DNA from: Octopus vulgaris | Taxonomy: Eukaryota | NCBI GenBank assembly: GCA_951406725.2 | Contig: OX597818.1 | Coordinates: 8,866,001 to 8,930,000, forward strand | Direction: 5' to 3' | Length of the DNA stretch: 64,000 nt | Shown: one piece after another, positions 25,702 through 40,107 of the stretch | Layout: the number at the start of each line of letters is the position of its first letter | Numbering within the stretch: the first letter of the stretch is position 1 | Notes under the pieces: generated by a model | Databases searched by the model: none | What the model saw: the letters and a program-made list of their open reading frames with translations, nothing else | Told to the model about the DNA's origin: nothing | Made by a program: the position numbers and the translations under genes

Positions 25702-27821
25702 TCGATAATAGCATTTTTAGTTTTAGTTTTAAGTTATTAATCGTAATGTGGTATAAGTTTTTGTGGACGCATACATTATAAAACTGGAAAATATGCTTTT
25801 AAACACCGATATAAATTGGAAAGTCTAATCTAAAGCAAAGTATTGCAACAGAACTAAAAGACAATGTAGATTTCGTATTAATTGGGTAAAATGGCAATGC
25901 TATTTGTTAAATACTCGATATGGAACTGGCATGCACAAATAAATTGTTTTTCAAATTATATAACATAGTTCTCTTTAAAATTATCCAGCCCATTCATTTT
26001 CCATACAACTAAGATTATCCTATACTGATATTGGCTTATGTATTTTTTCTATTAACTGCTCCTGACAAAAACATTAATCACTTTTCTTATCCACTTCACA
26101 ATTTACTGCTTACCTTCACAAACGAGACAGCTAGTAATTGCATTGTAATAACCTATACTGTCAACATGTTTCTGTACGTGCTATTATTACCTCACAGCAG
26201 TTTATTTCTAGGTCATACCTCAGCTCACTAGACGTATGCACTTACTTACAATTACTGACACATTTCCACATCTTAATATATATTTACATTATACCTGCGT
26301 TACCCAAATGTATTTACTGCTTTCACAGCTTTGTTCCTTCTAATTTTTTCCTGTCTACCCACTTTGTGAAGATATTCTTACATTTATATCCCTATAAATT
26401 CTTAATTGGGTTAATCCGACTTTTTTCCTTACACACGCGTTCTCCGACAGTTATTTCTTCAAACTAAGACTAAGAATAATATCCATTTTAACCTCTAGCA
26501 AGTATGGATATCCCTCTATTGCTCCTATTATACATTTTCAAACAATTTCTTCGCTATTTAATAAATTACTTTCAAATCTTGCACTAACATCCACTATACT
26601 ACAAATATTTTCCTTACTATCAAACATCAGATCACCTTCCACTCTTTACAAATATAATGATGACTCTGACAATAGGAACTTACGTAATTTTTTTAGCTTC
26701 CTTCTAATTGTTGAGCGTTCTAAAATACATTATAATGTTAAGATTTTAAGCCAACCATGGTATACAGAAATATAATATTAATGTATTTATGTTTCTAAAT
26801 CCAAACTTAAATGTTAAATTTATGACTACATAATTAGTAAGCAAGACTTCTTTGATGCGTGTAATATTGCCCACAGGAGTCGTTACATAGAGCTTAATGC
26901 TTCCTGTTCCATTGATTTTGTCTTTTAGTCTATGTTTATAAATATAAATATTGATATTTTAACAACTCCGATGGTGTTCGCTTCTTAGACCTCACGGCTA
27001 GCTCTCTTTGAGTCGGCCTTTGACACGAATATAGCAGATTGAATGTCTAGCGTGAAAACCTAAGCACTAGCTCCATGTGATCTATGATCGCATCAAACTG
27101 TGGACCATGAAGTACAGAGGCTTATGGAATAGTGGATGCTATCGTTCGTACATCTAAACATGTTCATAGGCCTGAAAAATAATCTTATTTTTCTTCAAGC
27201 CTCTTCTCGTTGTAGTTGTGGTTTAATAAATAAATTGACTCTCACCCATCCCACCTATTGTTAGAAACGTACCAACTTTTAATCATCCTGCCTTACTAAG
27301 CGTATCTGTGACTAAATTATTCAATCCAAAATTTCCAAGCATTTCAAAAACAATACCTTGAGATTTGAGTTAGACTTTGCTGCTGTGATTAGACGATGAA
27401 GAATCTGCCTAGGATCTGTCTTCGTTAGTTGCAGTAGTTATATCAAAACTAGTGAGGTTAATTGATCAGAAATTTGTTGATATAAGAAAATATTCTCCGA
27501 AGCATTGATTTTAATTTTGTTTTAATTTTGTATTTCAAGTAGAGTTTCAATGAATCTTTAGACTTCATTTTGTAATTATTTAACTTGGTAAACTATCAAG
27601 CGCCATCTAATTTTAATTTATCTTATATGGAAACTCAGTAAATTAAACTTTCATTTTAATTTCACCCTGTCAGGCTCACCTCGTATATCAATGGCTATGA
27701 TATAATTTGAGTTGGAATCATTTATTAAAGATATACAAAAATTAAATGTCAACAACACAACAACGTGATCATGCTTACCTTATATATCAATACCTATGCA
27801 GCAATTTGAATCGAAATCATT

Positions 27822-27863
<42 letters not shown>

Positions 27864-28658
27864 TACGTATAAATAACATCAACAAAAATTAACAGCAGTA
27901 ACAATCACAACATTAAAAACAAAATGAGACCCATAAAATTTAAAAAGATGACTAAAAGAAATACAACATTAATAATGTTCGGAATGATGATAATGATAAA
28001 TCTTTTAGCTTAAAGAAATATATTGGCAAAACAAATCAAAACACACATCTACCGTCTTTAAATGTAAGTAATTTAGTGGGGAGATCGTCTTATTTTATTG
28101 TCAGAATTTACAATATATGAACGGTTTGTACAAATTACAATTTCGATATTGTGTATGTATATGTACATATACATATATAGACACACATACATATATATAT
28201 ACATGACATGAATACATACACACATGTATATATGTGTGTGTGTGTCTCTGCCTTTATCTGCGTGTACCTTGATTTACATATAAATCTATATGTTTATATA
28301 TCATACACTTACAAATAAACGTATATGTATGTATATATCTATGCATGTATATACACATATATATATATGTATGTTTGTATGTGTATGTGTGTGTCTGTGT
28401 GTGTGAGTTATTGTGTATATACGTATGTATATCATTTACATATAACTTTTTCTGTTACATGCGTAGAAAACAGCAAATAACAAAAGCGTTACTCGTTACT
28501 GCTCCGTCGTCGCATGCTGCTCTTTTACCAAATATAACTTATCTTCTTAATGGAATTTACCATCCACTTCCTTTATCGGTAGATTCGTAGATATAGACAT
28601 ATGCTTCAATACATACATATATGCATACGTATATACATACATACATATACATACATAT

Positions 28659-28714
<56 letters not shown>

Positions 28715-28791
28715 TATACATATATATGTATATATATATACATACATATATCTATATATATTTGTATGTGTTTGTATGTGTGCATATATAT

Positions 28792-28830
<39 letters not shown>

Positions 28831-30469
28831 GATATGCATATATGTGCAGTAAAACAATTAGGAAATTAGCGATCGAATTAAAAGTAAGAAATAAAATATC
28901 ATGACTGGCGTCAGTATTCTGCCTATCCTATACATGTATGTTGCTTTTCGCTGGAAAATTATTTGCCTGTCATGTCCTATGTACTAGCAATACTTGTTAA
29001 AATTACAGACCACTCTGCAAGACGTCCATTAAGCTGACATTTTGTTTCGAAACGATAATCTATCGTTTGCGGGCTTGTTGTTATTATTTTGTTTCTGTTC
29101 GATGTGCATGTGTGAGTGTGTTTACATGGTTGTGTTGGCGTGTAAGTGAGTGTGTTTGTGTGCGTATTAGTGTGCATGTGTGTATTGTTATGTGTATGAC
29201 TGTGTGGTTGTATATGCGTGTAATTTTGTGACTGATTCCCTGATATTTGCTCACTCGTCTAACTATTTTAATGCACACTGGCATACAACTACTTACATTG
29301 GTGATGTTTAAGCCGATCAATTTTTTTGCAACAGTTCGTGGCTTGACGATGCTGTTGACGCTGATTATTGTTTTTGTTTATTTCTTGTATTCGTGGTGGT
29401 GGTGGTTGTGGCGGTCGCGGCGGCGGTGGTGGTGGTGGTGGTGGTGGTGGTGATGGTGATTATGGTGTTGGTGGTGGTGGTCTCTTTTGCCCCCAGTTCA
29501 GACCTGACTGAGCAGATATTTAATCCTTGCCGCAACATCATTATTTCCCTTTTTCTCAAGCATAGTGTTTTTAATGTATTCTTAGTTACTTTTCTAACTT
29601 GGGGAGATGGCTACTATGTCTAGCACATCGAGTTACTATGAAGTAACTCCCACTTTTGCATATGCTTTTCCATCGGTCTTAGTGCAAATGGAAGATGTGT
29701 ATTTTGGTGGAGGGACTGCTGGTGACGCCGACGACGACGTTATACTGCCACACACGACGACGAAGCTGACGGTAGTGATGGTGCTGCTAACTGCGTTTGA
29801 AACGGTGATTATTATGGTGAGTATGATATATAACGTGTGTTTGTGCTGTTCATTTAATGATGTTGTGGCACTGATTATATTCACATTCACGTTGATTACT
29901 AAGGCAGGGATGAACTCTTACTAATACAACTCTGCAGAAAATCATTACTATATATGATGTTCTGTCGTAGAGATGGTGAAATATATAGTGCTACAAAATC
30001 AGAGAGATACGGCAGTGTGAGGGTTTGAGTCCCTATGCGACGTAGCATTTTCTCATAGGTGGTGTAAAATTTGCGATCGTAGTGAATATTTAATTTAATA
30101 TGGTAATAACTATTGTTGCTTAGCCACAAGTCAACCTTGTGTTTGCAACTGGTAATAAGATTGTTTAAATGCATTTAGCCTATAAAATAAATAAGAATAT
30201 TATCTACCCGTTATCGATTCGGTAAGAATTATAAGATATATTCGTCTGCTATTTATAGAATATGTTGCCGGGCAACACCACGGAACGAGCCCTTGTATCT
30301 CGTATTACTGCTGTTGTTAAGCCCCAGGAAAATATTGTTAGAGGTGTGTCAATCATGAAAATTCTAATTGGTACAAAACTACATTCTCTCATGTTAACCC
30401 CGTTCTTTGAGACGTCCTGGCGTAGTTTAAGAGAAGTTTATCTGCTGTTTCTTACAATTCGAAGAAAGA

Positions 30470-30527
<58 letters not shown>

Positions 30528-30544
30528 TAATAATAATAATAATG

Positions 30545-30641
<97 letters not shown>

Positions 30642-30689
30642 TAATAATGATAATAATAATAATAATAATAAAAAAAGAGAACAAAAATA

Positions 30690-33415
30690 CTCCGCAAATA
30701 TAACATCACAAAGAAAGATTTGCCTGAAATAAAAGAAAAGCTGAAGCAAGATATCCTTGCCAAAGCACAAAGGATCCGCCGGTACAAGAAACGCCAACGC
30801 TTCTTTGAAGAAAACAAAAAGTTCAACTCTAACCCCAAAAAGTTCTACCAAGAACTGGGAAAAAATAAAATAGAAGTCACTGCAGCACCAACGGCAGAAG
30901 AATTGGAAGAATTCTGGGGAGAAATATGGTCGGCGAACGAACCACCAAAAAAAGAAGTATCAGAATAACAAACTCGGCATCTGAACAACTTTGGACCCCC
31001 ATAACAACTGAAGAGGTCACCCAGGCACTGCAAAGACTAAGCAACTGGAAGGCACCTGGGCATGACTAGATCCCCAAATTCTGGTTGAAATATCTAACAG
31101 GAATGCACAAAAAGCTGGCTGAAAACTTTAACAAAGTACTAGCAGAGCCAGAGACAATGCCTGAATGGCTCACGAAGGGGAAAACCATCTTAATTCCCAA
31201 ATCAAATAAAACAGAAAAACCAGAAAACTACAGACCAATAACCTGCCTCCCTACTATGTTCAAGGCATTTAGTGCAGTGATATCACAAAGGCTGAACAAG
31301 CACCTGGACGAAAACAAACTGTTCCCAGAAGAGCAGAAAGGATGCCGCAAAGGCTCATATGGCTGTAAAGATCAACTAATGATTAATAAAGCCATAACTG
31401 AAGACAGTCACAGAAAGAAGAAAGGCCTCAGTATGGCCTGGATTGACTACAAAAAGGCGTTTGATAGCATCCCCCACACATGGATCCTCGAAACACTAGC
31501 CATTAACAAAGTAGCACCAACAATCATAAAATTCATAGAGCACTCTATGAATAAATGGCAAACAGTCCTACACCTCCAAACAAAAGAGGGACTCATGAAA
31601 ACCAAAGACATCCCCATTACAAGAGGAATATTCCAGGGAGACACGCTCTCTCCACTCCTTTTCTGCTTGGCACTGTCACCTCTATCTGATATGGTAAATA
31701 GAACTGGATGCGGATATAAATGTTACGGCAAAACGATCAGCCACCTTTTATATATGGATGACCTAAAACTATACGCTGCAAATGACAAACAGCTGGAAAC
31801 ACTATTAAAGACAGTTCATGGATTTACCAAAGAAATAGATATGAAATTTGGATTAGAAAAATGCGCCAAAGTAACCCTGAAAAGAGGAAAACTAGTTAAG
31901 AGTAACAACATCACACTAGATAAAACCAATGAAATAAAAGAATGAGACCAAAGCCAAACTTACAAATACTTAGGAATCCATGAACTAGATAAGACACAAC
32001 ACACACAAATGAAAGAGAAAATAAAAAAAAGAATATTATATACGAGTTAGATCAATACTAAACACAGAGCTCAATGCTAAAAACAAGATAATATGTATCA
32101 ACACTTTAGCTGTCCCAGTTATAAGTTACAGCTACAATATCCTTAACTGGACACGAAATGAACTGACCAAAATAGATAGGAAAACAAGAAAAATAATGAC
32201 AGGATCTAGGATGCATCACCCAAAATCTGACATAGAAAGACTATATATACAACGTATAGAAGGTGGTAGAGGCCTTATACAGCTGGAAAACTACTATAAA
32301 ATAACCACCATAGGACTGCAAAAATATCTACTTCAGAAGGAAGGAAAACTGATCCAGATAGCGACAAAACACGAGCAAAACAAAAAACTGTTCTCAGTAT
32401 TTAAGGAAGCTGACAAATACAAACAAGAAATCACACCACCTAATAAACATGAAGAAGAAGAAGAAGATGAAGAAACAACAAAAGCTATAAAACAAATGAA
32501 ATCCAAACTAAAAATAGAACAGCAACGAACCATGATAAAACGATGGCAAGAAAAGCCCCTTCATGGTAAATACTGGACTAAACTAAACGCAAAAGAAATA
32601 GACAAAGAAAAATCCCAGCAATGGTTGAGAAGCTCAGGATTCAAAGCAGAGACAGAAGGATTTTTAATTGCAGCACAAAACCAAAGCCTCCCCACCAGAA
32701 ATTACCAAAAACATGTAATGAAAAGAAACATAACAAGTAACTGCAGAATATGTGGAGATGGACAAGAAACAATAAATCATATTATCTCTAGCTGCCCAGT
32801 CTTGGCTAAGAAGGAATATATTCACAGACATGACAGAGTTGGAACCTACATACATTGGAAGCTATGCCAACATTATGGAATAACAACAGAAAAAAGATGG
32901 TATAGGCACACAGCAGAAAAGGTCACAGAAAACGAGAAAGCAACCATACTCTGGGATATGCCGATACACACAGATAGAGAAATTAAGGCCAACAGACCAG
33001 ATATAGTTGTCAGAGATCATGAAGAAAAAAATGCTTTCTAATTGATGTATCAATACCGACTGATGACAACGTGTCTCTAAAAGAAATGGAGAAACTCTCA
33101 AAATACAAAGACCTGGAAATAGAGGTAACTAGAATGTGGAATCTGAAAACAGAAACAATTCCTATCATAGTAGGTGCATTAGGCATGATAAAAAAATATT
33201 CAGACAAATACATAACAAAAACACCAGGACTTACAAACACATATAACATACAGAAAATTGCACTACTAGGCACTGCACACATCCTACGCAGAACACTTTC
33301 CATACAATAACCATCAGAGCATCACAACAAATCACAGCACATACCCAAGGCACACAGGGCTGTGCTCGGTAGTGAAGTGAAATCACGCTATAAAAATAAA
33401 AATAAAACTACTGAA
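30690..33415 (+). mobile_element. R4/Dong-clade LINE, 5'-truncated (RT, CCHC, REL endonuclease, 3' UTR), a few disabling mutations
   Basis: KAPGHD, NYRPITCL, DYKKAFDS, GIFQGDTLSP, LYMDDLK, CRICG..HIISSC, RHD and RPDIV motifs; embedded in (TAA)n. Confidence 0.93.
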
Positions 33416-33468
33416 TAATAATAATGATAATGATAATAATAATAAGAAGAAGATGAAGAAAAAGAAGA

Positions 33469-33525
<57 letters not shown>

Positions 33526-33559
33526 AATAATAATAATAATAATCATAATAATAATAATA

Positions 33560-34589
33560 TATTTGGTTGTTTTTGTGTTGTACAGGTGGATGTCTAAAAA
33601 AAATGTTTGTTTTAAACCTTGAGATTACATAGAAAGTATTTTGCGTAGGATATGAGCAGTTCCCATGAGCACTATCTTTTGAATTTCTGCCATTTTGGGG
33701 TTTCCTGGTATCTGAGTTAGGTAGCTATCAGCCCCTTTTGCTATCATTCCCAGGGCACCTATGACAACAGGTATTGTTTTAGTCTTCAGCTTCCACATTT
33801 TGCTGATTTCTATTTCAAGATCTTTATATTTGCTCAGTTTTTGGTAGGTCTTGACAGATACGTTTATATCGATTGGGACAGTCATATCAATGAGGAGGCA
33901 TGTTCTTTGTTTGAAGTCTATCAATATGATGACTGGCCTATTTGCATCTATCTTTCTGTCAGTTTGAATGGTGAAGTTCCAGAGGAGTGAGATGTGGTCA
34001 TTTTCAAGCACTAGGGGTGGTTTGTATTCCCACCATTTTTTTTCATGGGGCAAATCCAGGTTTTTGCAGATTACCTAGTGAATATCTTGTGCAGCTCTAT
34101 CGTGCCTGTTGAGATACTCTGTAGGCGCTAGAAGACTGCACTTGGAGGCCACATGATCAATGGTTTCATTTTGTTGCTGGCATACACGACACGTTGGACT
34201 GCTGCTGATCTTTAATATGTTGGCCTGATAGTTTCTTGTTGGTAGGCATTGATCTTGAGCTGCTATGATAAACCCCTCTGTTTCAGATTTTAATCAAGAG
34301 GCCATTAGCCATTGATGGGTCAGGGCTTTGTCAACATCTGTATTATTCGCTCTCTTTGGGTATTTGCCATAGAGAGGTTTTTCTTGCCATTTATCATTCA
34401 GAATATCTAAGGCCGCAGATTTAGCACGGGTTTTCATGCGCTTAGCTTTTTCTTTGCCTGTTTCTTGTATGTCTATCTCTAATTCCGAAATTTGTTGTAT
34501 TCGGAATTCACTTAGATATTCCTTTGCCTGTTTTGTTACTGAGTATGATGCTTTCTTGTTTTCATGTTTTGAGACATGTTTTGAGACAA

Positions 34590-34590
<1 letters not shown>
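33560..34590 (-). mobile_element. Second, divergent R4/Dong-like LINE 3' fragment
   Basis: ORF 33625-34053 (ANRPVI..CLLIDMTVP..KLSKYKDLEIE..IPVVIGALG..GTAHILRK) is paralogous to 33071-33310; (TAA)n on both sides. Confidence 0.88.
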
Positions 34591-34676
<86 letters not shown>

Positions 34677-35225
34677 GAGTGAGAGAGCAGTGCATGCCAT
34701 CAGAGTGACACTAGGGTAAAATATACAAAGCCCAGTATACCCATCATGACTACCCGTCTGATAAGGCAAACCAGGCACATGCATCACAACCATATGTGCG
34801 CGACATGATTTCATATCAAGATAAACAGCGCATGACTTTGCAGGTGGGGTCTAGTTAGAATTTTCTTCAGGTCGAGTAGCCCATCCCGCTCAAAAGGTCC
34901 TTGAATAAGGTTTAAGGATGTTGAACGAAACGTCCATATTTCCGAAGGTGAATTATCCATACCCCAAAGAATTCCTTCCAACACATGGCTATGATGCTCC
35001 CCCACTACTTCTGCTCGTGATCAGAGATGCACGTATTGTCAGCCACTAAGGGACATGCTCAACTGGTTGAGGTCAAGCAACTGACAAGCAAATCTGTGAT
35101 ATTGAGCAGAATATTTGCTGTAGTCCATCTTTTATACCAAGAGAAAACAATGTACATGATAACACCTCCAATCAGTTAAGATCAGAAGCCATGAGAGTCA
35201 CTGCCCGGTACTGTATCAGGGCTTT
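34677..35225. mobile_element. ~550-bp non-coding interspersed element between (TTA)n tracts
   Basis: Complex, higher-GC block with sharp edges in (TTA)n and no coding signal; family unidentified. Confidence 0.45.
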
Positions 35226-35260
35226 TATTATTATTGTTATCATCATCATCATCATCATCC

Positions 35261-35390
<130 letters not shown>

Positions 35391-36371
35391 CATTATTATA
35401 AGTATATATACTCTACGAATCATCAACAACAAAGTATTTGCTAAAATACGTTGAGTTCCAAGAATATTAACGTTAAAATTTTTGTGACACCGTTGGTATT
35501 GTGTTGTATTTTGTGTTGTAATGAATATTGAATTGATCTTATGGTTGATATTCAGCTTGTTGTTGCTATTTAATCATGGCACTATGTTAGAAACACATGA
35601 TGTCTTTTAAGTCTTTTATACTCTATATTCAAGTTGGTGCTGTTTTGTTTATATGTTTGAAAATGGAGCATGGCGAAACTAACTAGAAATACTTATGGGA
35701 CCTTTCTGGTCCCATTATTCATTTTGATATCAGGACAGATATTCACTTTGCTTAGATTATTCATTTCGGTCAAATTTTGTGTTTCTTCTAACATCAAGAA
35801 ATCGCATTCTCTCTCACATTTTCTTAATCATTCACGAAATAATCATCAATCAAATGTGAAATTGATTGATATAAGAAAATGTAATAGAGAAAATATATTA
35901 TTTAGACAGCGCAGAGATGATTGGCAGCTTGCAGAAATGTATATTTTTACACCAGGTGTGATTTATAATTATTATGTGTTGATGTGTATTTGATATCTAT
36001 TATTCTTAATGTGTGGTTGTATTTTCTGTGAATCATACATGTGTGCTCCATAGTACAGTTAATTCCCATTTGACTAATGTGCACACACTCTCCAGTATTT
36101 AGCTATAAGCCATACTTTTTTCTAAAGTTTATTTATGCATGATAAACAAAATATGTCTACTAACAGCAGTATTCTATGTAAGATATCGTTCTAAAGAACG
36201 ATGACATTGAGTGCAATGTATCTGGCATCATTGATATTTCATGAAGAATACCTATGTGGAGTTGTACTGCCATATCTCACGAAAAATAATATGTAAATGG
36301 AAACCCGATGATATCTTTATTAAGGAATATTTCATGAGCAAATATTTCAAGAGTTTTATGGGTATACATAC

Positions 36372-36403
<32 letters not shown>

Positions 36404-36413
36404 ATACATATAC

Positions 36414-36468
<55 letters not shown>

Positions 36469-36735
36469 TTAAATAATGAGGGAGATAAATTAATATTTAT
36501 TTTAATATCAATTTAAAACCAGTAATCTAGCATACAAAAAATCTGAGAAGTCAGAGAAAATTCTACTATATGTGTATATTGGCAGGGCGAGACTGCTAGG
36601 TAGTCGGCCGTATGCTAGAAATAGATCATCAACGATCAAACTACAAAGGAAATTCTCTAGAGGAAAAATTCAGCGAACACCAGAACCAAATTTGGCGGGC
36701 AGGACAGATGAAAATTTATATAAAAAACAGAATCA

Positions 36736-36812
36736 AATGCATACCTCGGTTTCGGCCTTTAACAAAAGAATTACTTACATAATTCAAATGTCCGTGGCTT
36801 CATCAGTGCATT
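36736..36812 (-). ncRNA. Type I hammerhead ribozyme (546-bp family)
   Basis: AATGCA-CTGATGA-AGCC...GGCC-GAAA-CCGAGG-TA/TGCATT. Confidence 0.8.
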
Positions 36813-37281
36813 CGTTCAGTGTAAATGCAAACTGAAAAAAACTAACCCCGGCTTTCTGTGCCAAGACAGACACGTGCTTAGTTTTACCGATTACATTAGG
36901 GATAAAATTTCAAATGTCTTGGTTCTGGCGCGCTAAGAAATTCCTGAAGCAAAGGACTGCAGTAAACAATTCACTGCGGTTAGTGCTTACTACTAGAGAA
37001 CATATTTATTTCAATATTTAAATAATGAGGGAGATAAATTAATATTAATTTTAATATCAATTTAAAACCAGTAGTCTAGCATACAAAAATCTGAGAAGTC
37101 AGAGAAAATTCTAATATATGTGTATATTGGCAGGGCGAGACTGCTAGGTAGTCGGCCGTATGCTAGAAATAGATCATCAACGATCAAACTACAAAGGGAA
37201 TTCTCTTGAGGAAAAATTCAGCGAACACCAGAACCAAATTTGGCGGGCAGGACATGAAAATTTATATAAAAAACAGAATTA

Positions 37282-37358
37282 AATGCATACCTCGGTTTCG
37301 GCCTTTAACAAAAGAATTACTTACATAATTCAAATGTCCGTGGCTTCATCAGTGCATT
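37282..37358 (-). ncRNA. Type I hammerhead ribozyme (546-bp family)
   Basis: Same motif, one period downstream. Confidence 0.8.
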
Positions 37359-37718
37359 CGTTCAGTGTAAATGCAGACTGAACAAAACTAGTCTCGCCCT
37401 GCCAATATACACATATATTAGAATTTTCTCTGACTTCTCAGATTTTTTGTATGCTAGACTACTGGTTTTAAATTGATATTAAAATTAATATTAATTTATC
37501 TCCCTCATTATTTAAATATTGAAATAAATACGTTCTCTAATAGTAAGCACTAACCGCAGTGAATTATTTACTGCAGTCCTTCGCTTCAGGAATTTCTTAG
37601 CGCGCCAGAACCAAGACATTTGAAATTTTATCCCTAATGTAATCGGTAAAACTAAGCACGTGTCTGTCTTGGCACAGAAAGCTGGGGTTAGTTTTTCGGT
37701 TTGCATTTACACTGAACG

Positions 37719-37795
37719 AATGCACTGATGAAGCCACGGACATTTGAATTATGTAAGTAATTCTTTTGTTAAAGGCCGAAACCGAGGTATGCACT
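37719..37795 (+). ncRNA. Type I hammerhead ribozyme (546-bp family)
   Basis: CTGATGA at 37725, GAAA at 37778, GTA cleavage triplet at 37787-37789; stem I shortened to TGCA/TGCA. Confidence 0.75.
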
Positions 37796-37874
37796 TAATT
37801 CTGTTTTTTATATAAATTTTCATCTGTCCTGCCCGCCAAATTTGGTTCTGGTGTTCGTTGAATTTTCCTCTAGA

Positions 37875-37939
<65 letters not shown>

Positions 37940-38058
37940 AATCAAGGAACGGCCATAATAGGCCATTCACCCACTAGAAATAACAGCCAAAAGCTTTAAC
38001 CGCAAAATAACATTAATACCGTAAACCAGGAGAAAATTGAAAAACTTTTACCCTGTAA

Positions 38059-38163
38059 TTTCTTAGACGATGCACCGTTTCATCTAGCGTTTAATGGTAA
38101 ACCAACCTGATTAAATTAAATCAAGCCAATCCACCATAGGCCCTTAGACTCATCAGTAAGAAA
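38059..38163 (-). ncRNA. Type I hammerhead ribozyme (484-bp family)
   Basis: Reverse complement of 39034-39138. Confidence 0.9.
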
Positions 38164-39033
38164 TAGCCAAATCGGAACAGATATTTTTCACGAGGCATTC
38201 CTCTTGCTGCCTCGGCAATATCTGACCTAAAATTTTCAAATCGTCGCACTCGCGCCAAATTTATCGGCAGCAAATGAACCACCGATTCTGTTACGGAACT
38301 AACCAGAAAATTCATAATTAATCAATATAGGGTGACAAAAAAATTTTGTAGAATTCTTTTGCCACCAGCGGCCTAGTAGGAAAAAATTAAATAGTCATAA
38401 ACCATTTTTACGTTCAACATCACAATCAAGGAACGGCCATAATAGGCCATTCACCCACTAGAAATAACAGCCAAAAGCTTTAACCGCAAAATAACATTAA
38501 TACCGTAAACCAGGAGAAAATTGAAAAACTTTTACCCTGTAATTTCTTAGACGATGCACCGTTTCATCTAGCGTTTAATGGTAAACCAACCTGATTAAAT
38601 TAAATCAAGCCAATCCACCATAGGCCTAGATGAAACGGTGCATCGTCTAAGAAATTACAGGGTAAAAGTTTTTCAATTTTCTCCTGGTTTACGGTATTAA
38701 TGTTATTTTGCGGTTAAAGCTTTTGGCTGTTATTTCTAGTGGGTGAATGGCCTATTATGGCCGTTCCTTGATTGTGATGTTGAACGTAAAAATGGTTTAT
38801 GACTATTTAATTTTTTCCTACTAGGCCGCTGGTGGCAAAAGAATTCTACAAAATTTTTTTGTCACCCTATATTGATTAATTATGAATTTTCTGGTTAGTT
38901 CCGTAACAGAATCGGTGGTTCATTTGCTGCCGATAAATTTGGCGCGAGTGCGACGATTTGAAAATTTTAGGTCAGATATTGCCGAGGCAGCAAGAGGAAT
39001 GCCTCGTGAAAAATATCTGTTCCGATTTGGCTA

Positions 39034-39138
39034 TTTCTTACTGATGAGTCTAAGGGCCTATGGTGGATTGGCTTGATTTAATTTAATCAGGTTGGTTTAC
39101 CATTAAACGCTAGATGAAACGGTGCATCGTCTAAGAAA
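39034..39138 (+). ncRNA. Type I hammerhead ribozyme (484-bp family)
   Basis: TTTCTTA-CTGATGA-GTCTA-(58 nt)-TAGAT-GAAA-CGGTGCATCG-TC/TAAGAAA. 7-bp stem I, GUC triplet, predicted cleavage after 39131. Confidence 0.92.
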
Positions 39139-39517
39139 TTACAGGGTAAAAGTTTTTCAATTTTCTCCTGGTTTACGGTATTAATGTTATTTTGCGGTTA
39201 AAGCTTTTGGCTGTTATTTCTAGTGGGTGAATGGCCTATTATGGCCGTTCCTTGATTGTGATGTTGAACGTAAAAATGGTTTATGACTATTTAATTTTTT
39301 CCTACTAGGCCGCTGGTGGCAAAAGAATTCTACAAAATTTTTTTGTCACCCTATATTGATTAATTATGAATTTTCTGGTTAGTTCCGTAACAGAATCGGT
39401 GGTTCATTTGCTGCCGATAAATTTGGCGCGAGTGCGACGATTTGAAAATTTTAGGTCAGATATTGCCGAGGCAGCAAGAGGAATGCCTCGTGAAAAATAT
39501 CTGTTCCGATTTGGCTA

Positions 39518-39622
39518 TTTCTTACTGATGAGTCTAAGGGCCTATGGTGGATTGGCTTGATTTAATTTAATCAGGTTGGTTTACCATTAAACGCTAGATG
39601 AAACGGTGCATCGTCTAAGAAA
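39518..39622 (+). ncRNA. Type I hammerhead ribozyme (484-bp family)
   Basis: Identical copy; predicted cleavage after 39615. Confidence 0.92.
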
Positions 39623-40002
39623 TTACAGGGTAAAAGTTTTTCAATTTTCTCCTGGTTTACGGTATTAATGTTATTTTGCGGTTAAAGCTTTTGGCTGTTA
39701 TTTCTAGTGGGTGAATGGCCTATTATGGCCGTTCCTTGATTGTGATGTTGAACGTAAAAATGGTTTATGACTATTTAATTTTTTCCTACTAGGCCGCTGG
39801 TGGCAAAAGAATTCTACAAAATTTTTTTTGTCACCCTATATTGATTAATTATGAATTTTCTGGTTAGTTCCGTAACAGAATCGGTGGTTCATTTGCTGCC
39901 GATAAATTTGGCGCGAGTGCGACGATTTGAAAATTTTAGGTCAGATATTGCCGAGGCAGCAAGAGGAATGCCTCGTGAAAAATATCTGTTCCGATTTGGC
40001 TA

Positions 40003-40107
40003 TTTCTTACTGATGAGTCTAAGGGCCTATGGTGGATTGGCTTGATTTAATTTAATCAGGTTGGTTTACCATTAAACGCTAGATGAAACGGTGCATCGTC
40101 TAAGAAA
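40003..40107 (+). ncRNA. Type I hammerhead ribozyme (484-bp family)
   Basis: Identical copy; predicted cleavage after 40100. Confidence 0.92.

Larger units (their letters stand above)
36463..37877. repeat. 546-bp retrozyme-like array: 1.7 antisense units plus 0.9 sense unit
   Basis: AAATGCATACCTCGG at 36735 and 37281 (period 546); inversion at ~37390; (TA)n at both ends. Confidence 0.93.

Noticed and set aside
38882-39076. Identical 64-aa ORF repeated four times
   Set aside because: By-product of the 484-bp repeat. It has no recognisable domain and overlaps the ribozyme core, so there is no evidence of coding function.
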